From Candidatus Acidiferrales bacterium (GTDB lineage: Archaea > Thermoproteota > Bathyarchaeia > 40CM-2-53-6), in the NCBI GenBank assembly GCA_035517955.1, contig DATIYC010000200.1:10398-74397 (forward strand): a stretch of DNA of 64,000 nt. Reading direction: 5' to 3'. A program made the position numbers and the translations under genes. Shown here in pieces: positions 38,102 through 47,011 of the stretch (position 1 is its first letter; the number at the start of each line of letters is the position of its first letter). The notes under the pieces were generated by a model. It saw nothing but the letters and a program-made list of their open reading frames with translations, ran no database searches and was not told the origin of the DNA.

Positions 38102-38812
38102 CTAGGCCGTGTCTTTGGTGCGCCAGAGGTATAGTGAAGCTATGGAACAGTAGGGGTGCCAAGCCTTCGCTAGCTCCTCAATTCGTTCCCGGTTGGGTCG
38201 CTTGCGGAGGGCGTATACTTTCCTCATCGAATCCTGAATTCCAAGGTCGTCTACGGGAAGAATGTCTGCTCGGCCTAATGTGAAAAGGAGGAACATGTGC
38301 GCGGTCCATGGACCTATTCCCTTCACCTCATCTAGGATACTAATCACTTCTTCGTCAGACATCTTCCACAACTCTTCCAATCGAAGGGAGCCGTTAACCA
38401 CTCTTTGACTGAGATCTTTGAGGTATCGAATCTTCTGAGGAGACACACCTGCTTTGCGAAACTTCGCAATGGGAAGGGCAATTAACGAGTGTGCCGTAAG
38501 TTCTTCGCCTTCAAGAGAAGTTTTCAATTTGGCGAAAATGGATTCAGCTGCGGCGCCATTCAGTTGCTGAGAAATTACCGCCTCAACCAATGATTCGAAT
38601 GGATCCCCTTCGCATGCAAATTCGAAGGGTCCGTGCTTCTTGATTAGACTTCTGAGTTTGCGGTCGACCTTGCAAATGTGGTCTACGCCCAAATGGAACG
38701 TTGCAGAGTCGCTGATGTTTGGGAATGGCATGGTCTTAGCAGCATCCTTAGTTCGGGTAGACAGGCTTAACGATTCAGAGGTTTCAACCATTTCCTTCCT
38801 GTGCCTATGCAC
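38102..38812 (-). CDS. DNA-3-methyladenine glycosylase II (AlkA-like, HhH-GPD)
   Basis: 236 aa. 'VKGIGPWTAHMFLLF' and 'LPVDDLGIQ'. Confidence 0.8.
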   Translation of the reverse strand: MHRHRKEMVETSESLSLSTRTKDAAKTMPFPNISDSATFHLGVDHICKVDRKLRSLIKKHGPFEFACEGDPFESLVEAVISQQLNGAAAESIFAKLKTSLEGEELTAHSLIALPIAKFRKAGVSPQKIRYLKDLSQRVVNGSLRLEELWKMSDEEVISILDEVKGIGPWTAHMFLLFTLGRADILPVDDLGIQDSMRKVYALRKRPNRERIEELAKAWHPYCSIASLYLWRTKDTA

Positions 38813-38830
38813 TGTTTCGTTGAGGAACAG

Positions 38831-38838
38831 AAATATAG
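38831..38838. promoter_or_regulatory. Single TATA-like element centred between two divergent, apparently leaderless genes
   Basis: AAATATAG / CTATATTT lies 26-27 nt from both ATG 38812 (minus) and ATG 38858 (plus). Confidence 0.35.
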
Positions 38839-38857
38839 CTTCCTGAATTACAGTAAG

Positions 38858-39049
38858 ATGGTTGAGGCAGGAGTTGCTTCTCGGTTGAATCAGCAGCAGC
38901 GGTTAGCGTTAGTTAACGTTGCCGGGCTAGCATCGCTGATCGCGTTCACTAGCCTCGTTTACGTTCGTACCCAGCAGCCAATAATTCTAATCGTTGGCGG
39001 ATTGATCTCGGTTATTGGCGTTATGGGAACAATGATGCGTTCTAATTGA
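38858..39049 (+). CDS. Small two-TM membrane protein
   Basis: ORF 38801..39049. ATG 38858 (MVEAGVASRL..) sits 27 nt downstream of the TATA-like box. Two hydrophobic helices. Confidence 0.4.
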   Translation: MVEAGVASRLNQQQRLALVNVAGLASLIAFTSLVYVRTQQPIILIVGGLISVIGVMGTMMRSN

Positions 39050-39078
39050 CCGACTCATTTTAGACAATTAATCGCTAG

Positions 39079-39510
39079 TTGGAATTTCATTTGGTGCAAT
39101 CGTTTCCTGAGGCCACGGTGGGCGCGCTTATCGTGAACGGTAAAGGCAAAGTTCTCATCGTTAGGTCTGAGAAGTGGGGGCACAAATACACAGTCCCTGG
39201 CGGACACATCGAGTTAGGTGAGAGGGCTGAAGACGCGATTCGGCGCGAGGTGAAGGAAGAAACCGGGTTGGATTCCGAGCCTGTAGAATTGTTGATAGTG
39301 CAACAAGCCATCTACCCGAAAGACTACCACAAGCATGAGCACTTCATCTTCATGGATTACATTTGCAAGGCGAAAACGGAGGAAGTAAAGTTGGACGGGC
39401 GTGAGCTCCAGGAGTATGTATGGGTTAGCCCAGAGGAAGCCCTCAAGCTGGACCTTGAGCAGTATACTCGGATTTTTGTTGAAAAATACCTGCAAAAACT
39501 AAGAGGCTAA
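39079..39510 (+). CDS. NUDIX hydrolase
   Basis: 143 aa. Nudix box 'GGHIELGERAEDAIRREVKEETG'. Confidence 0.9.
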   Translation: MEFHLVQSFPEATVGALIVNGKGKVLIVRSEKWGHKYTVPGGHIELGERAEDAIRREVKEETGLDSEPVELLIVQQAIYPKDYHKHEHFIFMDYICKAKTEEVKLDGRELQEYVWVSPEEALKLDLEQYTRIFVEKYLQKLRG

Positions 39511-40001
39511 GATGATGTGGAGCGCACGCCGAGAGTTTTCAGAAGCCTAGCGTGGTCCTTCCTGCTGATCCACTCAACGTAAATGTACTCGGCGAGTGTC
39601 TCTTCATCCATTCCGATCAGACGAGCCTCCTCAACGCTGCACTTGTAAGCTTCAATCTCTGTTGGGCGGTCTACGTAACTATAGTTTTCATCGAACAGCT
39701 CCTTCCCTTGCAGGTACTGTTTGACGTGAACGAGCTCGTGAATTACGTCGAGGTAGAGGTAGTTCGCGCTAGCAGTACGCAAATAGTCAGCCCCTACAAC
39801 GAGGCTACCGTCCTCATCGTTCACGTACATGTAACCTCTCTCGGGAACTAAAGTAACGTATGTTTCCTCAAGAATCTTGCTCATCAGACCATGGTTGCCA
39901 ACGCATTTTTGTAGTGATTCTGATTCCCCGATTCCACTGAAAACTTCCTTGAGTTTGTACCGACCGAGAGGTAGGCCTCTGTTAGCTTTGAATTCACTCA
40001 A
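39507..40001 (-). CDS. HExxH-motif protein (putative zinc metallopeptidase, uncharacterised)
   Basis: 164 aa. 'VIHELVHVKQ' followed by 'EIEAY'. Confidence 0.5.
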   Translation of the reverse strand: MSEFKANRGLPLGRYKLKEVFSGIGESESLQKCVGNHGLMSKILEETYVTLVPERGYMYVNDEDGSLVVGADYLRTASANYLYLDVIHELVHVKQYLQGKELFDENYSYVDRPTEIEAYKCSVEEARLIGMDEETLAEYIYVEWISRKDHARLLKTLGVRSTSS

Positions 40002-40052
40002 AATCCAATCACTGTTACGTTTGGAGTCTCGAAGTCGGAAAACCGTTCACGG

Positions 40053-41162
40053 CTACATATCGACGGCTATAAACCGTTCCTCGTTAACAGTCGCGCTCAA
40101 CTTTCCTACGATCGAAATCTCATTTCCACAATTCTTGCAACAGTTATGATCGTCCATGTTCCAGCCGGTAATATCGAAGCCCATGCGCTCAACGACAATT
40201 TTTCCGCATGCTGGGCAGTAGGTGTGTTCAAGTGGATGGCCGGGGACGTTTCCAAGGTAAACGTAGTTCAGTCCCACTGCTTTCGCGACTTCGTGGTGTC
40301 TCTCCAAGGTCTTGATGGGGGTTGGGGGAAGGTTCATCATTTTGTAATCTGGGTGGAATCGGAGAAAATGAATTGGCGTGTCAGGTCCTAGGTTGTCGTA
40401 AATCCATGTGGAGAGTTTCTTTGCCGCGCCCAGGTCGTCTCCGACCTCTGGTACGACGAGGTCTGTTATCTCAATGTGAACCTTAGTCCGGTCTCGCATC
40501 TCTAGCAAAGTTTGGAAGATCGGGTCTGCGTTCGCGATACCGATGTACTTTCGTACGAATGAGGTTTCGCCACTTCCTTTGAAATCAACAGTTATACAAT
40601 CCAAGAAGTCGCGCATCATGTCAACGGTTTGTGGTGTGTCGTACCCATTCGAAACAAAGATGTTGATCAGCCCAGCCTTGCGAGCTTGAACTCCGATATC
40701 GTGGGCGAACTCCATGAAGATGGTAGGTTGATTGTAAGTGTACGCTAAGCCCTCGCAGCGATATCGCTTCGTCATCTGAACCACCTTCTCCGGCGTAACA
40801 TCCATCCCCTCAATCTTCCGTCGCTGGCTAATGTCAAAATTCTGACAATAGGCGCAGAGCCAGTTACATCCAGACGTTGCTACGGAGAATATTCTGCTAC
40901 CTGGCATGTAGTGGGTTACAGGTTTCTTTTCGATTGGGTCAATATGCCCTGCTATGATTTTGCCATAAACATACAACCATAACTTACCGTTAGTATTTCC
41001 CCTAATGCCGCAGAGACCGATTTTTCCTTCTGGGATGTTGCAGTAGCGTGCGCAAGCCGTGCATCTGACTCGGCCTCCGGGCAGTTGTTCGTACAGTAAC
41101 GCCTCTTTGCCCTCTGTCATCTCGCCTTGCTCCGAGAGCTTCTGTGATGGGCTTGACCGCAA
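40053..41162 (-). CDS. amrS: AmmeMemoRadiSam-system radical SAM enzyme (AmrS-like)
   Basis: 369 aa. Radical-SAM 'CNWLCAYCQN' and the extra N-terminal Cys motif 'CTACARYCNIPEGKIGLC'. Confidence 0.8.
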   Translation of the reverse strand: MRSSPSQKLSEQGEMTEGKEALLYEQLPGGRVRCTACARYCNIPEGKIGLCGIRGNTNGKLWLYVYGKIIAGHIDPIEKKPVTHYMPGSRIFSVATSGCNWLCAYCQNFDISQRRKIEGMDVTPEKVVQMTKRYRCEGLAYTYNQPTIFMEFAHDIGVQARKAGLINIFVSNGYDTPQTVDMMRDFLDCITVDFKGSGETSFVRKYIGIANADPIFQTLLEMRDRTKVHIEITDLVVPEVGDDLGAAKKLSTWIYDNLGPDTPIHFLRFHPDYKMMNLPPTPIKTLERHHEVAKAVGLNYVYLGNVPGHPLEHTYCPACGKIVVERMGFDITGWNMDDHNCCKNCGNEISIVGKLSATVNEERFIAVDM

Positions 41163-41258
41163 CTCATTGACGCAATTCTCGCATGGATTTTCGGGTTGGG
41201 GGAGAATAAATGTATCCTTGCATTGGTTGGGTTGAAGTTAACCGTCCATGGCGTGGTG

Positions 41259-42692
41259 TTAAATTGACTGAACTCTCAATAGGTCGGTCATTCCGCCCGG
41301 TGTTGATGGATCACCACAGACGACGACAATCTTGTCGCCCTCGCCGACCGTTCCACTGTTTTTGGCGGCGGATCGAGCTGCCGCGAAAATCTCTGCAGTC
41401 GTTGAAAGTTTTCTGACTCGGAATGGATAGACTCCCCAGAGTAGTGAGAGTCGGTTCATGACTGGGACGTCGTATGTTAAGGCGATGATTGGTACGGGGG
41501 AACGGTATTTTGACACTCTATGCGCCGTCAACCCTGTTCGAGTGTTAGCGACAATACAACCAGCCTTCAACGCGTAGGCAACCTCGCAGGAAGAGAAGCT
41601 GATGGATTCCTGCATAATCGGCTTCAGCTGTGCCCTCTTCGCATCCAAGAGTGCACGGTAAGGAAGGTTTTGCTCCGTCGCAGCCGCCACCTTCTTCATC
41701 ACGGTCACGGCCTCGACTGGAAACTTTCCGACAGCGGTTTCCTCGGACAACATTACCGCATCCGTCCCATCAATGATTGCGTTTGCAATATCGGTCACCT
41801 CCGCCCGTGTAGGCGTAGGGTTGTTTACCATTGATTCAAGCATCTGGGTTGCAGTGATAACTGGCTTACCTGCCAAGTTCGATTTTTCAATGATCTCCTT
41901 CTGAAGTGTCGGGATATCCTCAACGTCCATCTCGACACCTAAATCTCCCCGAGCGACCATGACGGCGTTAGTTCTCCTGAGAATTTCGTCTATGTTCTCA
42001 ACTGCTGATCGTGTTTCAATTTTCGCGATAATCCAAGCCTTCGAGTTTGTCTGCTTCAGAATCCGTCTTGCCCGGAGAACGTCTCGGCCTGTACTCACGA
42101 ATGATATGCCGACGAAGTCTACACCATTTGCTAACGCGAACTTGAGTAGTGCGATATCTCTCAGGGTTAGGGCTTGAAGGTTTAGCCGCTTACCGGGTAA
42201 ATTCACGCCCTTGTCGGATGAAAGTGGACCACCGCTTATTACGCGACACAGTGCTTCCTCCTTTCTCGCTTTAACGACTTCCAGCTTGACGGTTCCATCC
42301 TCAAGGAAAACTGAGTCTCCTTTCTCTAAGTGTTTGAGTATGGACGGGTGGCTTACTGACACCACTCTTTGGTTGCCAACTAAACGTCGAGCGGTGAGAA
42401 TTAGAAATGCTCCTTCCTTCAAGTCGATTGGTTCAGGCGATATTTTCCCAACCCTCACCTTAGGTCCGGGCAGGTCTGCTAGGATGCCGATCGCTGTTTG
42501 CATTTGCCTCGCAACGGCGCGAATTAGGTGAATTCTGGCGGCATGCTCTGCTGTCGTTCCATGGGAAAAATTGAGTCTGGCTACGTTCATGCCCGCGTCT
42601 ACTAGCTTATGGAGCATCGACCTTGATGATGTGGCCGGGCCGATCGTGCACACGACCTTCGTCTTCGTTTTTGGAGGGCGCAAGAATTTCAC
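41259..42692 (-). CDS. pyk: Pyruvate kinase
   Basis: 477 aa. 'KVVCTIGPAT', 'NFSHG' and 'MVARGDLGVE'. Confidence 0.9.
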   Translation of the reverse strand: MKFLRPPKTKTKVVCTIGPATSSRSMLHKLVDAGMNVARLNFSHGTTAEHAARIHLIRAVARQMQTAIGILADLPGPKVRVGKISPEPIDLKEGAFLILTARRLVGNQRVVSVSHPSILKHLEKGDSVFLEDGTVKLEVVKARKEEALCRVISGGPLSSDKGVNLPGKRLNLQALTLRDIALLKFALANGVDFVGISFVSTGRDVLRARRILKQTNSKAWIIAKIETRSAVENIDEILRRTNAVMVARGDLGVEMDVEDIPTLQKEIIEKSNLAGKPVITATQMLESMVNNPTPTRAEVTDIANAIIDGTDAVMLSEETAVGKFPVEAVTVMKKVAAATEQNLPYRALLDAKRAQLKPIMQESISFSSCEVAYALKAGCIVANTRTGLTAHRVSKYRSPVPIIALTYDVPVMNRLSLLWGVYPFRVRKLSTTAEIFAAARSAAKNSGTVGEGDKIVVVCGDPSTPGGMTDLLRVQSI

Positions 42693-42768
42693 CCTAGTTC
42701 GGTTGTGCGGGTATCAGGTCTAAGCAATATATTGAGCACGCGATGATAGCGGGAGGCGTGGTTCAGAA

Positions 42769-44031
42769 TTGGGTAGACCGATTCTCTACGTAGTTATGGA
42801 TGGGGTTGGAGACTTGCCTACCCCCGAATTTGAGAATAAGACGCCGCTTGAGGCGGCTTCAACTCCTAACTTAGACAAGTTGGCGGTTAAGGGTCAACTA
42901 GGAATTGCTTACAGCGTGAAGCGTGGTATCGCTCCAGAGAGCGATGCGGGGGTATTCTCACTCCTAAGTTATGATCCTAGTCGGCTGGATCTGTCGAGGG
43001 GCGTGGTTGAGGCGATGGGGTCTGGGATCGACTTCAAAACGGGAGACCTCGCGTTGCGTTGTAATTTCGCGACTGTTCTCGATGGGCAGATAGTAGATCG
43101 ACGGGCAGGTAGGAATGTTTCAACGGAAGAGGCGAAGCAACTCGTCGACGCGGTCAACGGCGACGAAGAGTTGAGGAGACTAGCTGATTTTCAACTCAAA
43201 GCAACCATCGGCCACAGGTGTGCCGTAGTCTTCCGCGGTGGAAAGAGGAAACTATCCTCTGATATCACAAACCTTGACCCGGCTTATGCTCGTCGCGGTA
43301 AGATGACGATCGCTAAACCGAACGTCAAGCTTCCCACACCGATACCGAAATGCCGTCCCCTAAAGAAGACGTCAGCCGCCCGGTACAGCGCTAGCCTCAT
43401 GAACCAATTCGCTAAACTCGTCCATCAAAAGTTGGAAAATCACCCAGTCAACACTAACAGGGTCTCACGCGGAAGCCAATCGGCTAACTTCCTGCTAATG
43501 CGAGACGCAGGAACTAAGACGCCGAAAGTCAAGACACTCAGTCAGAAGTTTGGGTTCAAGGGAATCGCAGTCGCTGACATGCCCGTCGAGCTTGGGATCG
43601 CGAAGGTGATCGGAATCGATACGCGGGTATTCCCGCCTGATCGTTCACTGGATGCATATGCACAGCGGGCTAAAGTTGCGATGGAACTGGTACGCAACTA
43701 TGATCTCGTGTATGTTCACCTGAAAGGCCCAGATGAACCCGGCCATGACGGAGATTTCGAGGGTAAGAAGAAATCGATAGAGGATATTGACGCCGGCTTC
43801 TTCTCGAATATTCACCTCGATAAGGAACTACTCTGCGTCACTGCGGACCACTCGACTCCCTGTATTGCGAAAGGACATAGCGACGACCCAGTCCCGTTAC
43901 TAGTGGCCGGCAATGATGTATCATCAGACGGCTCTCAACGGTACACTGAAGCTTACGCAAAGAAAGGAAAGCTCGGAATCGTAAAACACGGTTACGAGAT
44001 CATGGGGATACTCAAGAAAATCGCAGGTTGA
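42769..44031 (+). CDS. apgM: 2,3-bisphosphoglycerate-independent phosphoglycerate mutase, archaeal type
   Basis: 420 aa. 'VVMDGVGD', 'HLKGPDEPGHDGD' and 'TADHSTP'. TTG start. Confidence 0.85.
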   Translation: MGRPILYVVMDGVGDLPTPEFENKTPLEAASTPNLDKLAVKGQLGIAYSVKRGIAPESDAGVFSLLSYDPSRLDLSRGVVEAMGSGIDFKTGDLALRCNFATVLDGQIVDRRAGRNVSTEEAKQLVDAVNGDEELRRLADFQLKATIGHRCAVVFRGGKRKLSSDITNLDPAYARRGKMTIAKPNVKLPTPIPKCRPLKKTSAARYSASLMNQFAKLVHQKLENHPVNTNRVSRGSQSANFLLMRDAGTKTPKVKTLSQKFGFKGIAVADMPVELGIAKVIGIDTRVFPPDRSLDAYAQRAKVAMELVRNYDLVYVHLKGPDEPGHDGDFEGKKKSIEDIDAGFFSNIHLDKELLCVTADHSTPCIAKGHSDDPVPLLVAGNDVSSDGSQRYTEAYAKKGKLGIVKHGYEIMGILKKIAG

Positions 44032-44032
44032 C

Positions 44033-44668
44033 TTAATCCTTCTCCGGTGCCTTGAAGGACCACTCGTCCTTCTCTTGCAATACTTGACGCAGGATATTCC
44101 TTGCCCTATCCTCATCCATTCTCAAGAAGAATTTTCCAAGGTGTTTGCACATGTTTTTCGATTCTAGATTGTTCTGCCAGTCTTGGCAGTCGTGGGTTAT
44201 TGTGCGGTTCTTGATGTCGACTTGAATTGAGTACTCTTTCACTTTACCGCTCAATCCATTCTCCGAAACAAGGGGGAGGGTGACGAGAGCATCTTCAATT
44301 TCTCTCGCTCGTTGAAGCCTTGGGCCGCCAAGAAATAGGCGTAGGAGTTGCTCTAGGGTCAGTTCCTCTACCTTTCCGCGTTTTGGAATGGTCGGTGGGT
44401 GACGTTTTTGAGGGCCGGTTTCGGTTTCTGTGCTGAATTTCTGTAGGGCTTGGTTTATTCGCCAATCTATGTACTCTCGCTCGTCCTGCGAGTATTTGCC
44501 TCTGTTTGATGGATCGTCAAAGTAGCGACGTGCGGCTTTGGCATGCCATGAGGTGTGTAGGGGGTAACGCCAGTTTTCTGGGTCGGCATAAGCGTCTGGG
44601 TCTTTGGGATAGCCTCTTGGCGGGCTGTCTCGCCCGAATGGCTTCTTTTGGGGTTTTTTCCTTACCAG
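44033..44668 (-). CDS. SWIM zinc-finger protein with 138-aa N-terminal extension (apparent CTG start)
   Basis: The track ORF (TTG 44254) contains only the SWIM motif 'CQDW....CKH'. My codon-by-codon check shows the frame stays open 5'-ward to a TAA at 44723-44725, encoding a protein-like sequence (..YPKDPDAYADPENWRYPLHTSWHAKAARRYF..). The only start-like codon is CTG 44668, with GGAAGG 10 nt upstream. Confidence 0.55.
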   Translation of the reverse strand: MVRKKPQKKPFGRDSPPRGYPKDPDAYADPENWRYPLHTSWHAKAARRYFDDPSNRGKYSQDEREYIDWRINQALQKFSTETETGPQKRHPPTIPKRGKVEELTLEQLLRLFLGGPRLQRAREIEDALVTLPLVSENGLSGKVKEYSIQVDIKNRTITHDCQDWQNNLESKNMCKHLGKFFLRMDEDRARNILRQVLQEKDEWSFKAPEKD

Positions 44669-44768
44669 GGATTGCGCCTTCCAGTTGAAATGTAGAGGTG
44701 ATGATATTCGCCTATAGAGACATTATATTACATGCCAAGAATCTTTCTACGAATAGGCTCATTCTTAG

Positions 44769-44778
44769 TTTAAGATAT
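44769..44778 (+). promoter_or_regulatory. TATA-like box for the DtxR-family gene
   Basis: TTTAAGATAT centred ~24 nt upstream of ATG 44797, i.e. leaderless geometry. Confidence 0.35.
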
Positions 44779-44796
44779 GTAAAATCTGGTTTGTCT

Positions 44797-45459
44797 ATGA
44801 GTCATGAATTCCTAATCGCCCCAGAAATGTACCTGAAAACGATTTACAACCTAGAGGTCAGGACAGGAGCAGCACGAACCGGAGACATCGCTAAGATTCT
44901 AAACATAACCCCAGGCAGCGTAACCAACACGCTAGAAGTACTCGAGGGCAAAGGCCTCGTCGCAAGAGAACCATACAAAGGCGTAAAATTGACTGAGGAG
45001 GGCAGGAAGCTAGCGATGTCCGTCTTCAGGCGCCACAGGCTAGCTGAGAGAATGCTGACCGATATGCTTGAGGTCGGTTGGGCAGAGTCTCACGAGGAAG
45101 CGTGTAAGCTGGAACACGCTGTGAGCGACGAACTCGCCGCCACCATCAACAAAAAACTTGGCAATCCCGCAACTTGCCCACACGGTAACCCCATCCCTGA
45201 CGAGAGAGGCCGCGTCGAGCCAACTAAGAGTGAAGCATTATCAAATCTTGACAACGGACAGTTCGCGACCGTCAGCCACGTCCCAGACGAGAGCACGGAT
45301 CTCCTGAAGTACCTCTCGACGCTTGGTATGCTGCCCGGCGTTAAGGTTGAGGTCGTGGAGAAAGCACCATTCAAAGGACCAATGATGGTCAAGGTTGGCG
45401 GCAACTCATACCCGCTCAGCCTGGACGTAGCCTCCGGCATTTACGTAAGCAAAGTCTAA
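44797..45459 (+). CDS. DtxR/MntR-family metal-dependent transcriptional repressor with C-terminal FeoA/SH3-like domain
   Basis: 'MYLKTIYNLE', HTH 'TGDIAKILNITPGSVTNTL', 'RRHRLAERML' and 'CPHGNPIP'. The ORF opens at 44698, but ATG 44797 fits the family and the promoter. Confidence 0.85.
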   Translation: MSHEFLIAPEMYLKTIYNLEVRTGAARTGDIAKILNITPGSVTNTLEVLEGKGLVAREPYKGVKLTEEGRKLAMSVFRRHRLAERMLTDMLEVGWAESHEEACKLEHAVSDELAATINKKLGNPATCPHGNPIPDERGRVEPTKSEALSNLDNGQFATVSHVPDESTDLLKYLSTLGMLPGVKVEVVEKAPFKGPMMVKVGGNSYPLSLDVASGIYVSKV

Positions 45460-45465
45460 ACCAAC

Positions 45466-46476
45466 TCAATCCAACGCCACGTCACCGAGAACGACAGATG
45501 AAAGCCCAGTGTACACCATATTCCCCAACAAACCCCCTACAGAGCTCCCCACAACAACCGCCACGGTCGGCAGCTGAAACGAGGACGACCAAGGGAACAC
45601 GAAGCGAGAGAACGGAAAATAAACAGCCCAAAAAAGTAAACCCAAAACTACCGACGAAAGCACCAATCCCTGCGCGAACCTAACCCATCGACTAAACCAA
45701 ACCGAAACCAAGTCGAAGATGAAGAGTGCGAAAAGTCCCCAAGGGACATACGGGATAACGTGAACGTAAACCGTGAGAAAAAGGTACGACACAGCATTGA
45801 ACAAAACACCGACCAAAACCGCCGAACCAAATCTCGGCATCACTCTTTTGGTGCACACCAAGACGAGTGACCCTAGCAAAGACATTAAAACCGCTACAGC
45901 CCAGTTCAACAGAAACAGGCGATAAACACTTCCCACATCAAAAAGTGCGCCTGATGCCATCAACCATATAGCCGAAAAACTCAGCAAGACACACAACGCT
46001 GTGACCCATCGAACCGTGTCCCTGACTATGATGAGGTTGCGCCTGATCATACCGTACTCAATTGTCAAGCCTATCACGATGCCTAGGTTGACGGTTAGCA
46101 TGCCCAAGGTGAGCAGGATGAACGCTGGAATAATCGGTTCTTTGTGAAAGATTAGGTAGGCTGACGCATTCCAAACTTCCGCTACAATCTCAATCAAGCA
46201 ACCAAACCCTGCCAACTTCAATCCGGCAACATTCACAAACCGAATAGGGCTTACGCTGAGAGGCGGCGGATACGGTTTTGAGACTCGCAGACCCATGTAG
46301 ACTGCTAAGACTGTGGTAGCTACGGCGGTATAGAGCGTGAGGTGGGCTGGGTTCCACCAAGCATCCACGCCACCAAACAAAGGATGCGAGAATATGTCCC
46401 ACCATTCAGCGAGGGCTTGTGTGAATGCGGCAAGGGAACCTACCAAGTAGAACGAATGCCTTGATGCGTATGCCAA
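45466..46476 (-). CDS. Polytopic membrane protein of unknown function (~9-10 TM)
   Basis: 336 aa, hydrophobic throughout. Lies 18 nt downstream of the Lrp gene on the same strand. No family recognised. Confidence 0.6.
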   Translation of the reverse strand: MAYASRHSFYLVGSLAAFTQALAEWWDIFSHPLFGGVDAWWNPAHLTLYTAVATTVLAVYMGLRVSKPYPPPLSVSPIRFVNVAGLKLAGFGCLIEIVAEVWNASAYLIFHKEPIIPAFILLTLGMLTVNLGIVIGLTIEYGMIRRNLIIVRDTVRWVTALCVLLSFSAIWLMASGALFDVGSVYRLFLLNWAVAVLMSLLGSLVLVCTKRVMPRFGSAVLVGVLFNAVSYLFLTVYVHVIPYVPWGLFALFIFDLVSVWFSRWVRFAQGLVLSSVVLGLLFWAVYFPFSRFVFPWSSSFQLPTVAVVVGSSVGGLLGNMVYTGLSSVVLGDVALD

Positions 46477-46494
46477 GCTCTGTCTTCCCGGAAG

Positions 46495-46956
46495 CTAGAG
46501 AAGGCGTAAGTCCTCTTTCACCGTAGTGAGAACCACGTGCGTATTGCTCCTGTCCACGAATGGCATACTAAGTAAACTCTTCGTGAATTTGCTTAACTCC
46601 TCTCTGCTTCGAAATTTTGCTAGAACCATCGCGTCCGTTGACCCTGTCACGTCGTAGACTGCGCAAGTGTTCGGCAACTTACCAATCGCCTCCTCCATCT
46701 CCAATAATTTACCCTTGGATACTGTGATCTCAGCAAGGACGGTTAATTGGTAGCCAAGCTTCTGGTGATCCAAAAGCGCCGAGTAGCCCTTGATGACTCC
46801 AGCCTTTTCCATTCTTCGAATGCGACTGAGGACCGTTCCAACAGAAACTCCGGCACGTCGAGCAATGGAGCGGTACGATCGCCTACAATCCCGGAGTAAT
46901 TCACTCAAGATTTTTCGGTCGACTTCGTCGACGTTCATCTGTTCAGTGGACTCCAA
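46495..46956 (-). CDS. lrp: Lrp/AsnC-family transcriptional regulator
   Basis: 153 aa. HTH 'SYRSIARRAGVSVGTVLSRIRRMEKAGVI' plus a RAM domain. Confidence 0.9.
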   Translation of the reverse strand: MESTEQMNVDEVDRKILSELLRDCRRSYRSIARRAGVSVGTVLSRIRRMEKAGVIKGYSALLDHQKLGYQLTVLAEITVSKGKLLEMEEAIGKLPNTCAVYDVTGSTDAMVLAKFRSREELSKFTKSLLSMPFVDRSNTHVVLTTVKEDLRLL

Positions 46957-47011
46957 GTTTCAACCCACAAATTTGGACGTTCATACACGAATATATCGAT
47001 ATTAGATACAT

